NCBI GenBank assembly: GCA_036172245.1
Contig: JAYWIR010000024.1
Coordinates: 2,418,001 to 2,482,000 of the forward strand
Direction: 5' to 3'
Source: Raillietiella orientalis
Lineage: Eukaryota
DNA length: 64,000 bases
Below, piece after piece: positions 42,301 to 55,400 of the stretch. The translations under genes were made by a program, and so were the position numbers. Positions within the stretch are counted from its first letter, which is position 1. Each line of letters starts with the position of its first letter. The notes under the pieces are model-generated. The model saw nothing but the letters and a program-made list of their open reading frames with translations. It had not been told where the DNA came from and searched no databases.

Positions 42301-44919
42301 GGGCTCACTTTTCACAAATTCACAAAATACCAAAGCTACAAAAAGTCAAGGTTCACAGGAGAAAGCTGACGATAAAAAAGTATTGTGATGAAGACAAATT
42401 AATTATGTACATATCTGGATCTTGCATCTGACAGCTTTTAGGATACCTACACATGTATAAGGAATAAAAAAAATCTGAATATTAAAAAAAATCACCAATT
42501 ATCGAAAACAAAACGGAATCAACTGAAATTCTTTACAAAATGTGTAATCCTGTAATCCAACATAATCTTAAAGAATGCATACAAGGACACAGAAAAAGGA
42601 ATGAAAGTAAAATAAGGGTCGAAATGCATCACAAGCTAAACAGAAATGTAAAATGCAATGGTTCATGTGAAGACAGATTTTCTATTTTAAAAATGATACC
42701 AAGCCACTATTCAGTTCCATGAAATATTGTCCATAATATAAAACTGCGGGAATTTAATGGTGAGCTACAGTTCTACATAGAAGACAGAACTTCGAATTAA
42801 AAAAAAGGCAACTTTGAAATATTTCAATGTTGCTAAACTTGAAAACCAAAAAATAATATCATCTAAGACCAGAGTTTACGACCAGAGTCATCAAGATGTA
42901 TATTATGATTGTAATTTATCATCAAAGTTGAACAATAATTCTTATAAAATCAGTATGATGGAATAAACTGTGAGCTCGAGAATGCTTGAGGCAATAGCTT
43001 AAAAAAAATGGTTTCTATGAATTATTTTGCTAAACACTTGAAATATAAATGATTTAAATATCCGCCAATAATTTGAGAAAAAATCTTGATGATAAAGCTG
43101 TATGGCTTTTCAGTAAAAAATACATATAATCAAAAAAAATGGAAAGATAATTTTTTTTAAAAAATGTAAATCATACAGAAACACAAAATTTCAGTAGAAA
43201 TAAATTAAGCAAATAAGTTTGGATGAGATTGTTGGATCAGTTGTCAGGATTAAATCCACTAAACTCATACCAGTGAAAACCAACATACAAAGTTAATTTG
43301 TTATATGTTTTTGTTACATATACAATTTTCAAAAGCATTTAACTATACTTTTTACAGTGACCAAACAATGCCATAAGCATGAGCAAACTTCAACAAATAA
43401 CTATGATAAACAGCTATTTGTTAGGATAAGTTACATATGTAATGATGAGCATAGCACAATCAAAAATTGAAGGAAACCCACAAAAATACCAATCCAAAGA
43501 CAGATTCATTTGCATAAGTACAAAACTCAAATGTGTCCATAAAATTTACAGTTCTGTAGGAGTTACACATGTTGTTTTTTATTTCACTGTTCCCGATTAT
43601 GCTATAAGTATTATTTCAACTAGAGTTTACAATTTCTCTCTTTTTTGAGGGGCTTAATTCAAATAATTCATATAACCAATGAAATGAATTATTTCAGCCT
43701 GTGTTAAAAATAAGTCTGAAAATCATGTCCTTCCCAGATGGAAAACATTTAAAGGTGTTGAAATTAGAATGACTTCATCTTAATGAGAAGAATGAAATAA
43801 ACTCTTTTTGAATTAAATTCTTATGCAAAATGCACTCCAAAAATAGCACAAGATGAAGAAAAAGTGCACAAAACAAAATTGAAATTGATGCACGGCAATA
43901 AGGCAAAAATAATGACAAGCTAGTAATGAATATGTCAGGCTTATTCCAAGTTCATAAAGAACTTTGAATATACTTACAACATACTTTAGGAATTATTTCT
44001 AAAGATACCTAAAATTGAAAACGAAATCTAAAATTAAACCCGTAAATATCCAGAATGGTATTTGATCAGATCTTGGCTTTCATGGAATTTTAATTTAGAA
44101 ATTTAATAACTATAAATCATGATCTTCGAACTCGAATTTCAAATTTTAAAATAACTTTGCTTTAATTAGATGACACCCTTATGAAATGAATAGCGCTGAT
44201 ACATGTGAACACATGAGGGAACAATAATTATTTATACTACTGAATATGAAACTGAGCTGCAATACTCTGATTAGTAATGCTGCACAAAAACACCAGATTA
44301 GATCTCGTATCCTCATGAATTTGGATATTTAAATCAGATTTAAATATCATAAATCATTTCCTCAAACCTGATCATCTCCCTCCAAAAGCATTTCAACAGC
44401 TCTGTTTGGTTCCATATCACAATCATGAAGAGCAATAACAGCTTCATCTGCTGATTTTCCAGTAAGTTCTATTACTTGATTAATTTTACTTTGTATCTCC
44501 AAGTCATCTATTTTTTTTGAATCAGTAATCATTCGTGCTATTCTCAGCTGCTCTGCTGTTGGCTACAAAAAAAAAAAAAAAACTCAATATGGTGCTTTTT
44601 CGATCAAAATGAGTAATATTGGGATGCAAAACAAAATTACACATAAAGTACCTTAATTTGTTTGTGACGAATGTACAAATTAGAAGTTCTAAAAGATTCT
44701 GCACAGGACAAGTATACTCATTACACAATAAACTAATAATTGTACAAAAGGATCATATTTATTTATTTCTACAAACACACATCGACTGCAATGATGTTAA
44801 ATTACCTGAGTTTTATGATTAGACTCAAGCAATTTGCCATCCATTTTATGACCACTTTCGGTTGTAGTATGCTTTTTCGTATCCTTTGGGATTTTCTGAA
44901 TATGATCTCTTTCACTCAT
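36318..44919 (-). CDS. lig: Lingerer / ubiquitin-associated protein 2-like. Exons approx 44919-44806, 44562-44368, 41572-41374, 41264-41019, 40742-40471, 38845-38700, 38655-38289, 38115-37756, 37706-37574, 37515-37361, 37275-36955, 36911-36642, 36578-36318
   Basis: UBA-domain exon PTAEQLRIARMI...KINQVIELTGKSADEAVIALHDCD...RAVEMLLEG; GEWETSGKKRK; RG-rich segment; EDWDNEEWTGSLSDTKVFTAS; SKIPSLAVEMP...LDVQFGALDFG; PNMPPGV; YEDLQLLQQRFP; SFDKQGFHGGTPPPF; TGA at 36320-36318. Splice phases are consistent throughout. Confidence 0.92.
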
Positions 44920-47900
44920 TGATAGCTATAATCTTAACTCAAGTATGTACAAGATCTTAACGAACACCTATAAAATAAACATGACATATAAGACAAATTC
45001 TTATCCAGGAAAAACCATAACAATTATGAATCTTTAAGGTTGCTTAATTCTTTACATCTATCGAAAACTGACTAAACAAATTCATATAAAAAGTTACACC
45101 AATGAATCTGGTTTCAGATGAATGATGTATAATTACACAAATGGATAATCTTGGTTTTCGATTATCCAGAAATATCAGATTTTGAAAGATGTTCCTAGGA
45201 GGTTAACTTGGACACATATGTTGAAATTTGTTTTCTAAATCTCAACCAGCACCAATAAGATTTTCATCTTGATCAATAACACAATTCTATACAATGGATT
45301 CCATGGTAAGTACACGAAATCATTTGCAACCTAAGATTCATAAAGCAATGTATGCACTGAATACATTTCTCGGCAAACACGCACCCGATCATGGCAGTTA
45401 CATCGTAAAAACAGTACATAAAGTTATCAATCACAAAGACTTTCATCATTTTTTTGAACTGCACTTTAGTGCGAACAAAACGGCTACCATCTCTTGCAGT
45501 TCTACAATGTACATAACATTCAAGCAGTACCGCTTGGTCATATGTTAAGCATTGAAATGCGTGCACTTCGGTATGGTTTTTTTTTTGTTGTAATGCTCTG
45601 ATAATGCTTGTTTATTTATTACTCTTTTACTACAGATACTGCTCTGCAGAATTTATTCATCCATTCATCCGGGGCTCTAGAAAAATAAATTTCGAGAAAT
45701 ATGTAAATAGGGTGAAGTTTTGAATTTGGGGAGTTTAATTTTATTAGGCATCTGCGTCAAATTTCGTCACAAGCTGTAACATTTGTGTCCGAATTTTTTG
45801 AAAAACAAAAATATGAAAATTAAGGAAATGAATGGTTGCTTTCAGTAAAAACGTACGAAGGCAAAAGAACCTTATTATCAACTTTTGTTCATGGAATCGT
45901 TTTCATTTATTTACTTATCCCGTTTGGTCATCCGTATGTGGAAAATGTCAAGTGGTGTTTTAGTAGTATATAGGTAATAGCCATATGGATCCATCATTTG
46001 AAGCTGTCTTCGGTTCTTGCTCCTCGCAGCAAAAGATATGATGAAGTTCACTGTATTGTGTACTTTTATTCCTAACATGTCTTTAATATAAAACAATGGA
46101 ATGTGCACCCACATTAAGTATTATGTGCATCATCAAGATCAAGACCACAGGACAATAACCACAAGTTTCGTCCATTAATGCTAACGGAATTCTGTTGAAC
46201 TCTAAACGTTGTTTCTGTGAGTAATGTGCATCTATAACTGTCTGCCTGTCCGTCTATCTGTATATCCACATCCCACATATCCGAAAAATGTAATGTGAAG
46301 AACGAACATGCCAACAATTCGTTAGATATTTTACCCTAATTTGTAAAAACATCTAAAATATACAAATAGCTATTTCCTTAAGATATCGCCGAGTCTCAGA
46401 GGGAGGAATAAGCTAAAAGATGTCAGATATGAAAGTTTGGTGTTCGACTTTGTTTTCTATGGCGATCAGCGTAGTAAGAAAACGCTTTCTATTAGTTGAA
46501 TCATTGATATAAGACAAATGCATCAGTATCAAGGCGACTGTCCGGACGAGCAGCACTGTAACATACATAGATGTGATACTGACTGATTAAGTAAGCTAGA
46601 AATTCAAAGATTGAATGTGCCAATGAGCCTATTTCTGCTTGCAGGAATGCAAGAAATCGAATGTTTTCAAAAGGCAAGGAAAGTACCTTCATTCTATAAA
46701 CTTTGGGTTGGAGATTTTGCACTAACTGTTTGAAGATGTTTTAGTTCTTATTGGCTGCAAGGTTCAGTATATGAGAATGCTTTGAGATGAACATTTTCAA
46801 TATTTAATGTTGAGATTTCCTCGATTAATCAACATCAATAAACAAATCCAATCTCTTCTGTACATAGTGCCTGAATTCAAAACTTGGAAAAACTCAAGTG
46901 ATCAGTGCTTTTGCTACACGCTAGGGAAATAGATGAAACTTGTGTCACTACTTTGAAGATCAAGCATTATGAGCCAACCTAGACGTCGGTGAAGATATCC
47001 CTTGGCAATGAACTCAGAATGACTGAGAATGATTTATCATGAAAAACCTTGCATTTCACTTATAATGAAAGTCCAAAATACAAGTAGCTTTTATCTTTAC
47101 GATATAGTTCATTCGTGAACTGACGGTCCTTTCTGACCTAAAGATTTCAAGTCCAGGCCATCAAAATTTTGGGGCTTAAAGCTTTTATTTTATTAGGAAA
47201 GCACTTTAGTTTTTGATGATGTTGTCCTTGTAGTTCCAATAGCAGAAATATGATCGTATTGTATTTGAAACGTAGCTTCATTTTCGTTGTCAGCAAGAAC
47301 AACGAAGATTTCTTGATAAAGCTGACTGGTAACCTAAGTAGTGAGCTTTACAGAGAGAGCCATTACATCATCAATGCTTGGCATTTTTATAATATCTAAA
47401 TGGTATATTTTTTTAATTAATGGTAACAAAAGGAAGCGACTACATTGAGGGTGGAAAATAGCATCACTGTCTATCAGTTTTGTTGTCATTCACCTCAATA
47501 AAATTAATCGTGGTTATCGCTCACTAAAACCAAAGAATAATTATGATTTCAGCTCCATTTTTCTTGTCTTTTATTATGTGGACAGCTAAACTGATTTCCA
47601 TTGCTCTGATCTTCGAAAGGTAATTGCAAAACACGATCCAAACAAAGCTAAATGATTTAATTTTGATTGTTCGCACGTGTTCTAACTTTGCAGAATTATT
47701 TTTCCTGTATTTGAGGAACTATGCGAAGCCTCAAGAATTGTGTGCTATTCCTTATAATCATGCAGAGGAGGCTGCAGAACTTTGCAAAACAAGAATTTTT
47801 ACATGAAAAAAACTTGAGATTTAGTTTCTGCCTCTAAATATATTTGAGTAAGTATTGATCAATCAATTAATTAAATAAAGCAACCACTGAAATAAAAATA

Positions 47901-48449
47901 CATAAGAGTTTAAAAATAATTTTCGGCACAGAAGTAGAAATGTATATACTAAGGAACCAAAAAGGAGCTTGAAAAATTCGACGTATCCACAAAACATAAT
48001 GTTTTATGTGACAATTATTTTCTGTTATTCATGCCGCAAGTTTAGAGGTTACTGAGTACCGAAATGTTATACAAAGTATTGTTTTATCTCTTTAGAGAGA
48101 AAAAGAATCTAGTCAACCAAGTTTATTTCAACTTTGTCAAACTTTGATTATCAAATTGATTGTCAACAAGAACAACGAGGATTTGTAGATTTTGTAGAGA
48201 AACTGATGCAACATATAAAGTACTGTGTTTTGGAGAGAGAGACTGATTGTATCATCAATGCTTGATAATTTTTTTTTAAATTGCTCGTGCACTTGCATAT
48301 TTTTGCATTCATGATAATAAAAAGAAATGAAAGTATCGATAAAAAAAAGCATTCAGTATCAAACACGGTGGCTTACTAATACCATTTGCCGAAAATTCCT
48401 TCTGAGTATGGCTTGAGTAATATGAAACCCTGAAATGCCGATACACTGA

Positions 48450-48650
48450 CACAACAGTGAATAAAGAATGTTGATAATCAGAGGGTTTCAATAGCATGTC
48501 TCGATATTCTTTTCATAAGTTTATTCACACGGGGCATTGGAACAGATATCTTCGGGACATCAGCATACAGTCTTAATTTCTTTTTGGAAAAAGTGATGTT
48601 TCATACCTTCTCTCAAATAAACCACGATTTCACTTTAGCGAGCTATTCCT
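48450..48650 (-). mobile_element. Possible RT remnant
   Basis: Minus-strand KLRLYADVPKI (48547-48578) resembles the LINE LYADDxKI motif. Little else is recognisable. Confidence 0.25.
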
Positions 48651-49354
48651 AACATTCCTCATTAATTACCATCTTGAGAAGAAAATCCAGTGCAGAGTTG
48701 CTTCCTTATGTCATCTTTCCATTTTAAGAGGAGATCTTTTGTGAACAGAGATTACCTGCTTTGCATGTAGAAATATCGACACTCCCTTTGACCTGGTCAT
48801 GTTCTCCTTTTAAAGTTGAGGCTCCATCAAGTATTATCAGGTATTTTATTTATCCTTTCTCTTTATTTTATGTTTAGAAATCTAATCATCGTCCTCGGCA
48901 TTCAAGGAAACGATACGAGGCATGAAGATTGAAAGCACAACATTCCGTCTATGTTGAACAAAAATTTGATATCTTGCTGCAGAAAGTGGACAAGGCTTTC
49001 AATGTTTAATCGGAAAGTGTTGGAAAAAGTGCCGAACAATTTTTTTTGGTCATTTAATGAATCGGTTGTACTTTAGAATATCGGAGAAACGGTGGATTTT
49101 TAATGCTTCATTCACTTTAAGGGAATGTTATCTTTCACGACATTTCCAATAACATTAAAACGATCGCATGAATTTGCAGTTATCATGGATGCTTTGGAAC
49201 ATGACTTAAATGTTTATTAGAAAAGAAAAAAAGTGAAACAGCGAGATGGGGTGCATTATCCGGCAGACAGCAAGAGCCACCCAGCAGATTTAATCGTTTT
49301 ATAGCTAAAAAGGGAGATTTGCATTACAATCTGAAGATTTGTTCCAATGCTATC

Positions 49355-49387
<33 letters not shown>

Positions 49388-50229
49388 CGTAGGCCTTCAC
49401 TTCAGCTGCAAATATCGATTACTTGGTAACTTTAATCAGACGATTCAGGTGTCCAGATTGCGGGAAAAAAGCTTTGAACCAGCCAATTATCCAATTATCG
49501 AATAGCCACTGAAGTGTCTCGTTGGAAAGTTTGAAATGACGCTTTTGTTCTCTTCAGGCAGAACCTCTTTAGAACAGAAATAAAGTATTTCGGAATTAGT
49601 GATAAGCATTTCAGAGAACAATTATAATCTACGACCTTCATGTGGACAAAAGCAACCGTTTTGCCACCAACTAGTGTTAAACACTCCTAGTGAGTGTGGA
49701 AACGGGCTACTTATCCACACAAAAATTGCAGAAAATTTGTCAATAAATGACTTTACTCTAGTATTCTATATCTTATTCATAAATCAGAGCATACCTGAAT
49801 CCTCTTTCTTCAAATATGAATTTTATGTAAAATATCAGGTGTAGTGTACATACGTTTAATTAAAAAATGTATGTCGGTAATAATTTTATTAAATAACCAT
49901 TCTTTAAATACAACCATCAGTTTCATGTAATCAAATAATTTCATTTGCGCATTTAGTATGGTGCATGATGTTTATTTTCACCGCGTGAAAGTAAGTATTT
50001 ATAAAATCTCAGGATTGAATGTTAAATATGAATAACACTCATATTTTTTGTATGCTTTCGATCCCTTCCACTAGTCCTCAGTTCAATTCATTGATATTTT
50101 CACATGTTTGCGGTTCGTGCCAACTTGCAGCCAATGTTGCATGGTGTGCTGTATCTCATCAATACGTAAGTTCTAATCAACTTTGTAATGCTTCTAAGGC
50201 TTTGCAGTGACAATCAGTCGGTTTTCCCC

Positions 50230-51400
50230 AGTCCGACTTGCGGGTGGATGAATTCATTTTCCGCTTTCATTGATACAAGAGTTGGTCAATTTCACCGTCA
50301 GAGTTAGTCTTCGGGCACCCAGTCACTGAATCTGTGTGGGATTTCACTGACTTGACAATGTTCCTGAATCCTTCACAAGATATAACAGTAAGTCTAAGTG
50401 GGAATACGTCCAAATAGTTCCTGATCCCAAGTTCCCTTTTCACTGATCCTCTGAGGATTTCCACGGCTGGCATACTGTTTATTCCGGTCCGCATTTTTGT
50501 CCTTCTCATCACGATGCTCGTGATGAAGAGGGCGATGGTGATGGGGACCATTGGGTTGTATCGGGGGACGATGCCGTTCCCTTCAAACATCCCTGCCAGG
50601 ATCTCCGTCTTGTCCATCCTCTGCAGGCCGGCCACCTCCTACATCATGGACCAGTCGCGGCGCAGCGTCGGACAGGTGAGTACGTGGAGTTGGGTATCCC
50701 TGGCACCACCGGTCGGACAATCACTCGGTGCAACATCTGTCGGAAAAGGCAACCGTATTGTTCTTTGCTCGGATTGCTGTAACATTCGACAAAGAGGTGC
50801 GCTTGTAAACTATCAGTGTATTTCCGTGGACCTCATGTGGTTCATGTCTTTTAGGTTAGCTGCTGACTTTCTGGAGTTTGAAAGATGTGTTTGGAAGCAC
50901 ATTACGAATATGTTCTGGAGAAGACATGCATCCGTGATCTGTTTGCATCTTAAAGCAGCCTACGTAATAAGATAAAGATTCCTAAGCTTTTCTGAAATGA
51001 AAAAGGATACCACTGTTTGCTTGCTCGTCTGGCTTCGGGTAGGCAATGGCACGCTTTGGCTTGTCTCCTGCCAGGATTCGTGGAAGGAAATCCAAACAGT
51101 ATTCGAACATGCTTGTTCTATTCGAGCGCCAACTAGTGTAGTAACCAACAAGCACATATTTCGTAGAATCTTGGCTCCTTGAGAATCAGATTATGCGTTG
51201 TGTCAACATTCATGCTAGCATGTAACAGCAAGGGCTGTGCAAATTCTTCCTTGGACACCCAGTAGGCGACATGTTTCTGCTGCACTTCCAGAAACGGTGC
51301 CTTGATATCCTTGACCTGACGGTGCAATGTCATCCCCTTTACGCACACGGCTTGGTCAACTTCCGAATTCAGTGAAGAACATGAACCTCATGTACTGCAA
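50230..51400 (-). mobile_element. 3' fragment of a decayed non-LTR retrotransposon (L1/Tx1-like C-terminus)
   Basis: CPTGGARDTQLHVLTCP..RRDW at about 50655-50720 resembles a degenerate CxxC-H-C zinc knuckle. It is followed by a ~120-aa reading frame in a GC-richer block. Upstream frames are broken. Confidence 0.5.
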
Positions 51401-52150
51401 GCAACGCGATTTCGTTCCAATATTCTATCATTCATGTCTTATTCCATCGTTCTATCCTTCATGTCGATTGTCTTCTTAAGGTGCTTCTTAAGGCATGTAC
51501 CTAAACTGCCATTTTTGGAACCGTGGCTCCATGTGCATCTGCATTCACAAGAGTGTTTGCTGGCCTTGAAAAAGTGTAAAACAAAAGGGAAACTTTGGGT
51601 CTTGCAGGTGTGCACTACTAAAGAGAATCTTGTTCTGGAAAGTGGTTGTGTGACGCAGCTGTTTCCACTTAGACTGCTGTGACAAACATTCTTTTCGTCG
51701 GTGTTAACTGCAATGCCAACTTGGGTGTGTACAAGGACCAGTTGCTACTAATTTTCAAATAGGAATCAGATGCAGTGAACCGTCAATGATTGTGTTCAGT
51801 TCACTTTGCGAATAACTTATTCCGCATAAGGTCACCTAATAGGTTATCTGTAAATATTTGCAAACAGTGTGCGGGTATTGTTCGTTTACAAGACACCAAA
51901 CTTGAAAAATTTCGTCATTTCAATCAAAGATATGATACATACTTAGGAAAAGAGAGCTTTCCTCGATTCTTTTCTCTGTTCGTGTGAGCAAAGTCCAATC
52001 CTTAGTTCTTAAAATCAAGGTTTCAAGACTGCATTCATCATGAGTCAAAGATAATGATTGCAAAATACTAGTCCAGATAGAATACCCAAGCCGTTTTAAC
52101 TATGGGAAACGTTTCAAATTTTTCCGCAATTCGGTGGGAAGGATTGGTGG

Positions 52151-52247
52151 TATATGGATTTACAATTATTTGACGCACCCTTTTTTTTTTTTTATAAGAG
52201 TCCGTTTCTTATGAAAAGGGTACATCAAATAACTTCAAGTCCATCTA
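52151..52247. repeat. ~40-bp imperfect palindrome (MITE-like)
   Basis: TATATGGATTTACAATTATTTGACGCACCCTTTT..ATAAGA versus the reverse complement of the right arm TAGATGGACTTGAAGTTATTTGATGTACCCTTTTCATAAGA, with a 7-nt loop. Confidence 0.8.
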
Positions 52248-52949
52248 CAAATACGAAGAACGGTACGGCGAGTTATTCGAAAATGTTTAAATCTTTTCTG
52301 TTAGATGATAGCTGAGCTCGAACCTGTAATTTCTGTTTATTTAAGAGGAAAAAATTTTCAAACGAATCCACAAATGCTGATAAGCACCACAGTAGAGTAG
52401 CACATCAGTATGCAAAAAAGAAAACCTTTTGAAATGATTACTTAGTTTCCAAGTTCATCTGATTCCTGATCTCAGTCAGTTGATGGACTTTTTTTTGTTT
52501 CATTTTTTGAAGTATCACCGTATGATCGTTTCAATTTGTTTTCGGCATGACTAGTGAAAAGTTCAAAAAGGAACTTATTTCTAGTATTTGCAGTTTTCAT
52601 CTGCTTTTTTTTTGGCAATTTCTTCTGATTGCTCATGAAGTGAAGATCGGCAAAACGCAATTTATTGCAAAAATAATTTCCTCTCTCGCAAAAGTGCAAA
52701 ACAAAAGGATTGTTTTATCGAAGCGTGCTTACGTGGATACTCATATACCTTTGGGACTGGAAACACTTGACGGATGTAACTGCTCATCATGCATACACGT
52801 TTTTGTTTGGAATTTCTATCATATTGGGATAATTTCAGTGACCTAATAGGCCACGAACACCTAAACGTTATTAATTAGCAGCGAGTCCTCACTATTTCTG
52901 ACAAGAACACAGTCATTAAACCATTGAAACTAATAGGATGGTGATTTTA

Positions 52950-55400
52950 TAACGTCAAGTTTTAATCACTAACAATAACAAAAGCATAATTTTCCTCATT
53001 CTGCATTACTGATTCTGTATTTACCAGTAGTATCATGATATGAGCAATGTGTATTAACATATGTTCAAACAAAATGTTTGGCAGAGATTTATAAATGAGG
53101 TTTTCAAGAATATTCTGTTCCAGGATTTAGTTTTATTAAACCTGATTTGAGCCGACTGTACAATAATTTTTCTTGATTTCTTTAAAAACCAGCGAAGTGT
53201 GAAATAATGCATTAATTAAACATCTAATCAATATGGGATCAATATAGGATTAAATTCTAACACTGATGCTAATGCAATCCCCAAAACTGAGTCCCACAAT
53301 AATAAAATTATACAACACTTTATTGAGCTTAGTTTTTACTGGTATCCTTACTCATACAAGTTCAGTGCCATTAATGCTGCAAGATTCACACTCACCTATC
53401 AAGCATATCTGCAAGTAATCTCCCTCATACTGTTATTCTGTGTACTGTGAAACTTGTTCATAGCATAACTAAGGTGATTGGTGTGCTATACTTTCTGGTG
53501 TTTGTTACCTTCGATAAGTTACTTATGAACTTCAAAATGAGCAGCCTGAGGATTAAAATTTTTTTCTATTTCTTTCATGTTTCCCATCAATTCTAAATCT
53601 ATATTGTTAACCAAACTATTTGAAAAAGTCTTGTTAGTTCAACTGATCTTCGTATAAATACAGATGTCAATGATATTAATGGTGTATAGATACACTTTCT
53701 GTAACAAATAATTATTGCAATTATGCTCTTTTAAGAAATGACACCGAGGTTACTGTTTTAGGAACTTACTCTTGTGACACATAGTAGAATGAACATGACA
53801 TAAATATGCAAAAACTAAAGCATATGAACCTCTTGTACTGATATTCCAAGTAAGTTGTCTTCCTCTTTCATGCTTGTAAGCAAATTCATGAAAGAACTGG
53901 ATTGCTTATAAATACATTACTTAATATCACACTTGCATATTACTGTTTCCTACTGTATTTTTGTGAAGTATACACACCCATTTCTATAACCTCTTGTTTT
54001 GAACCCATCAAAATCAATTTTATGTCCATGGTGAGCAGTTTTCACTAACATTGTATAAGTTATTAAGTCCTAAAAGTTCATTCTGCTGACTTTGAACTTT
54101 AAATGGCTCCTAGTGTCCCAAGCTATTACAGTCTTCATCAAAGATTCATCAAAGAATACATAAAATATCAACCTACCTAAATCAAAGAACAAATCATCCA
54201 ATTACACCACTATTAGCAAGCATCCATTTCCTACAAGTTATTTGAAGCAGTAAAACAAACACAAATAATGACTCATCCCATCGGTATTCACCATTAAAAT
54301 TGTGCTTTATGTAAGTATCCTTTCAAACCTATCAGCCTCAATGTCATTGGAAACAATTCAGAATACACATTTATATGACAGATGGTTTCTATTAAAGGAA
54401 GAAAATTCTGACATTCAATTCCAATATCCATTTAGAAGGGAATAATCACTTCAGTTTTCATGTCTAATCAAAACAATGCCACATAATCCTTTAACAAGAA
54501 ACTTTGGTCATCATCAGAATCATATTTCCTAAACAGCCCCATGAATACCTGTTTCCACAGGGAAACATAACCTATTAAACCTCAACAAATCCAGACTCAA
54601 TCATCTACTCATATGTACATAATGATACAAAACTCCAGAAACATAACAAAACGATGATTACCCTTACTTTGATTACTTTCTATTTATTTACTTTCTAGAT
54701 CTATAAGTTATAAATCACATACTGTCATCAATTATTATTAGTTCCAATAACTAAATTCCATGCGACCCTACCTGAATGTTCACCATCAATTTTTCATTCT
54801 AGTTTTGTTCTTTACCACTTGCCACTATTATCTTTTGCTTCTAGAATGTGAAGGTTTGCTACTAAGAATTCTCTTAATCATCCTACCAATAAATAGGAAT
54901 TATCATTTCTGTAGATTACATCCTCCTTATATTAAAGAGCTTTCCTACCCTTCATCAGATTAATATATAATGCTAACAGCAACTGACTCTGTGGTTTTCC
55001 TAATTGCCTTGTTGTGTATCATTCATGAACCCCTTTTTACTTTTACAGAGACACCTAAAATTGTTTATTTAGACTCATATTTCTAACTCTTCCAATAATA
55101 ATCTACTTGTTATCATGTATCCTACAAAGGCGATTGTTGTTGCTGCCCTTTTATTAGTCATCAAAGTAGTTAATACCATATTTTCTGAAGTACCCATAAG
55201 CCATCACATTATATCATTTTCATTTGGAATTTTCTTCATCAACACTCCCACAATATATCAGTTCTTCCCCTTTCATTTTATTCTAGCATTCACAGTTCTT
55301 CTTGGAGTTATTCCCATATTTCTATGATGTGCTAACAGAAGTCCAGGAGCACAGGGCAATTTGGACATTCTATTCCAGCCAGTCTTCCTAATTAAAATTT
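52950..55400 (-). mobile_element. Possible very old LINE (CR1/L2/jockey-like) remnant
   Basis: Faint RT-like motifs in order on the minus strand: VELTRLFQIVW (~LDLxKAFDxV, ~53.63 kb), SVLG (~53.29 kb), YHDTT (~YADDT, ~53.03 kb). No long ORF. Confidence 0.3.
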
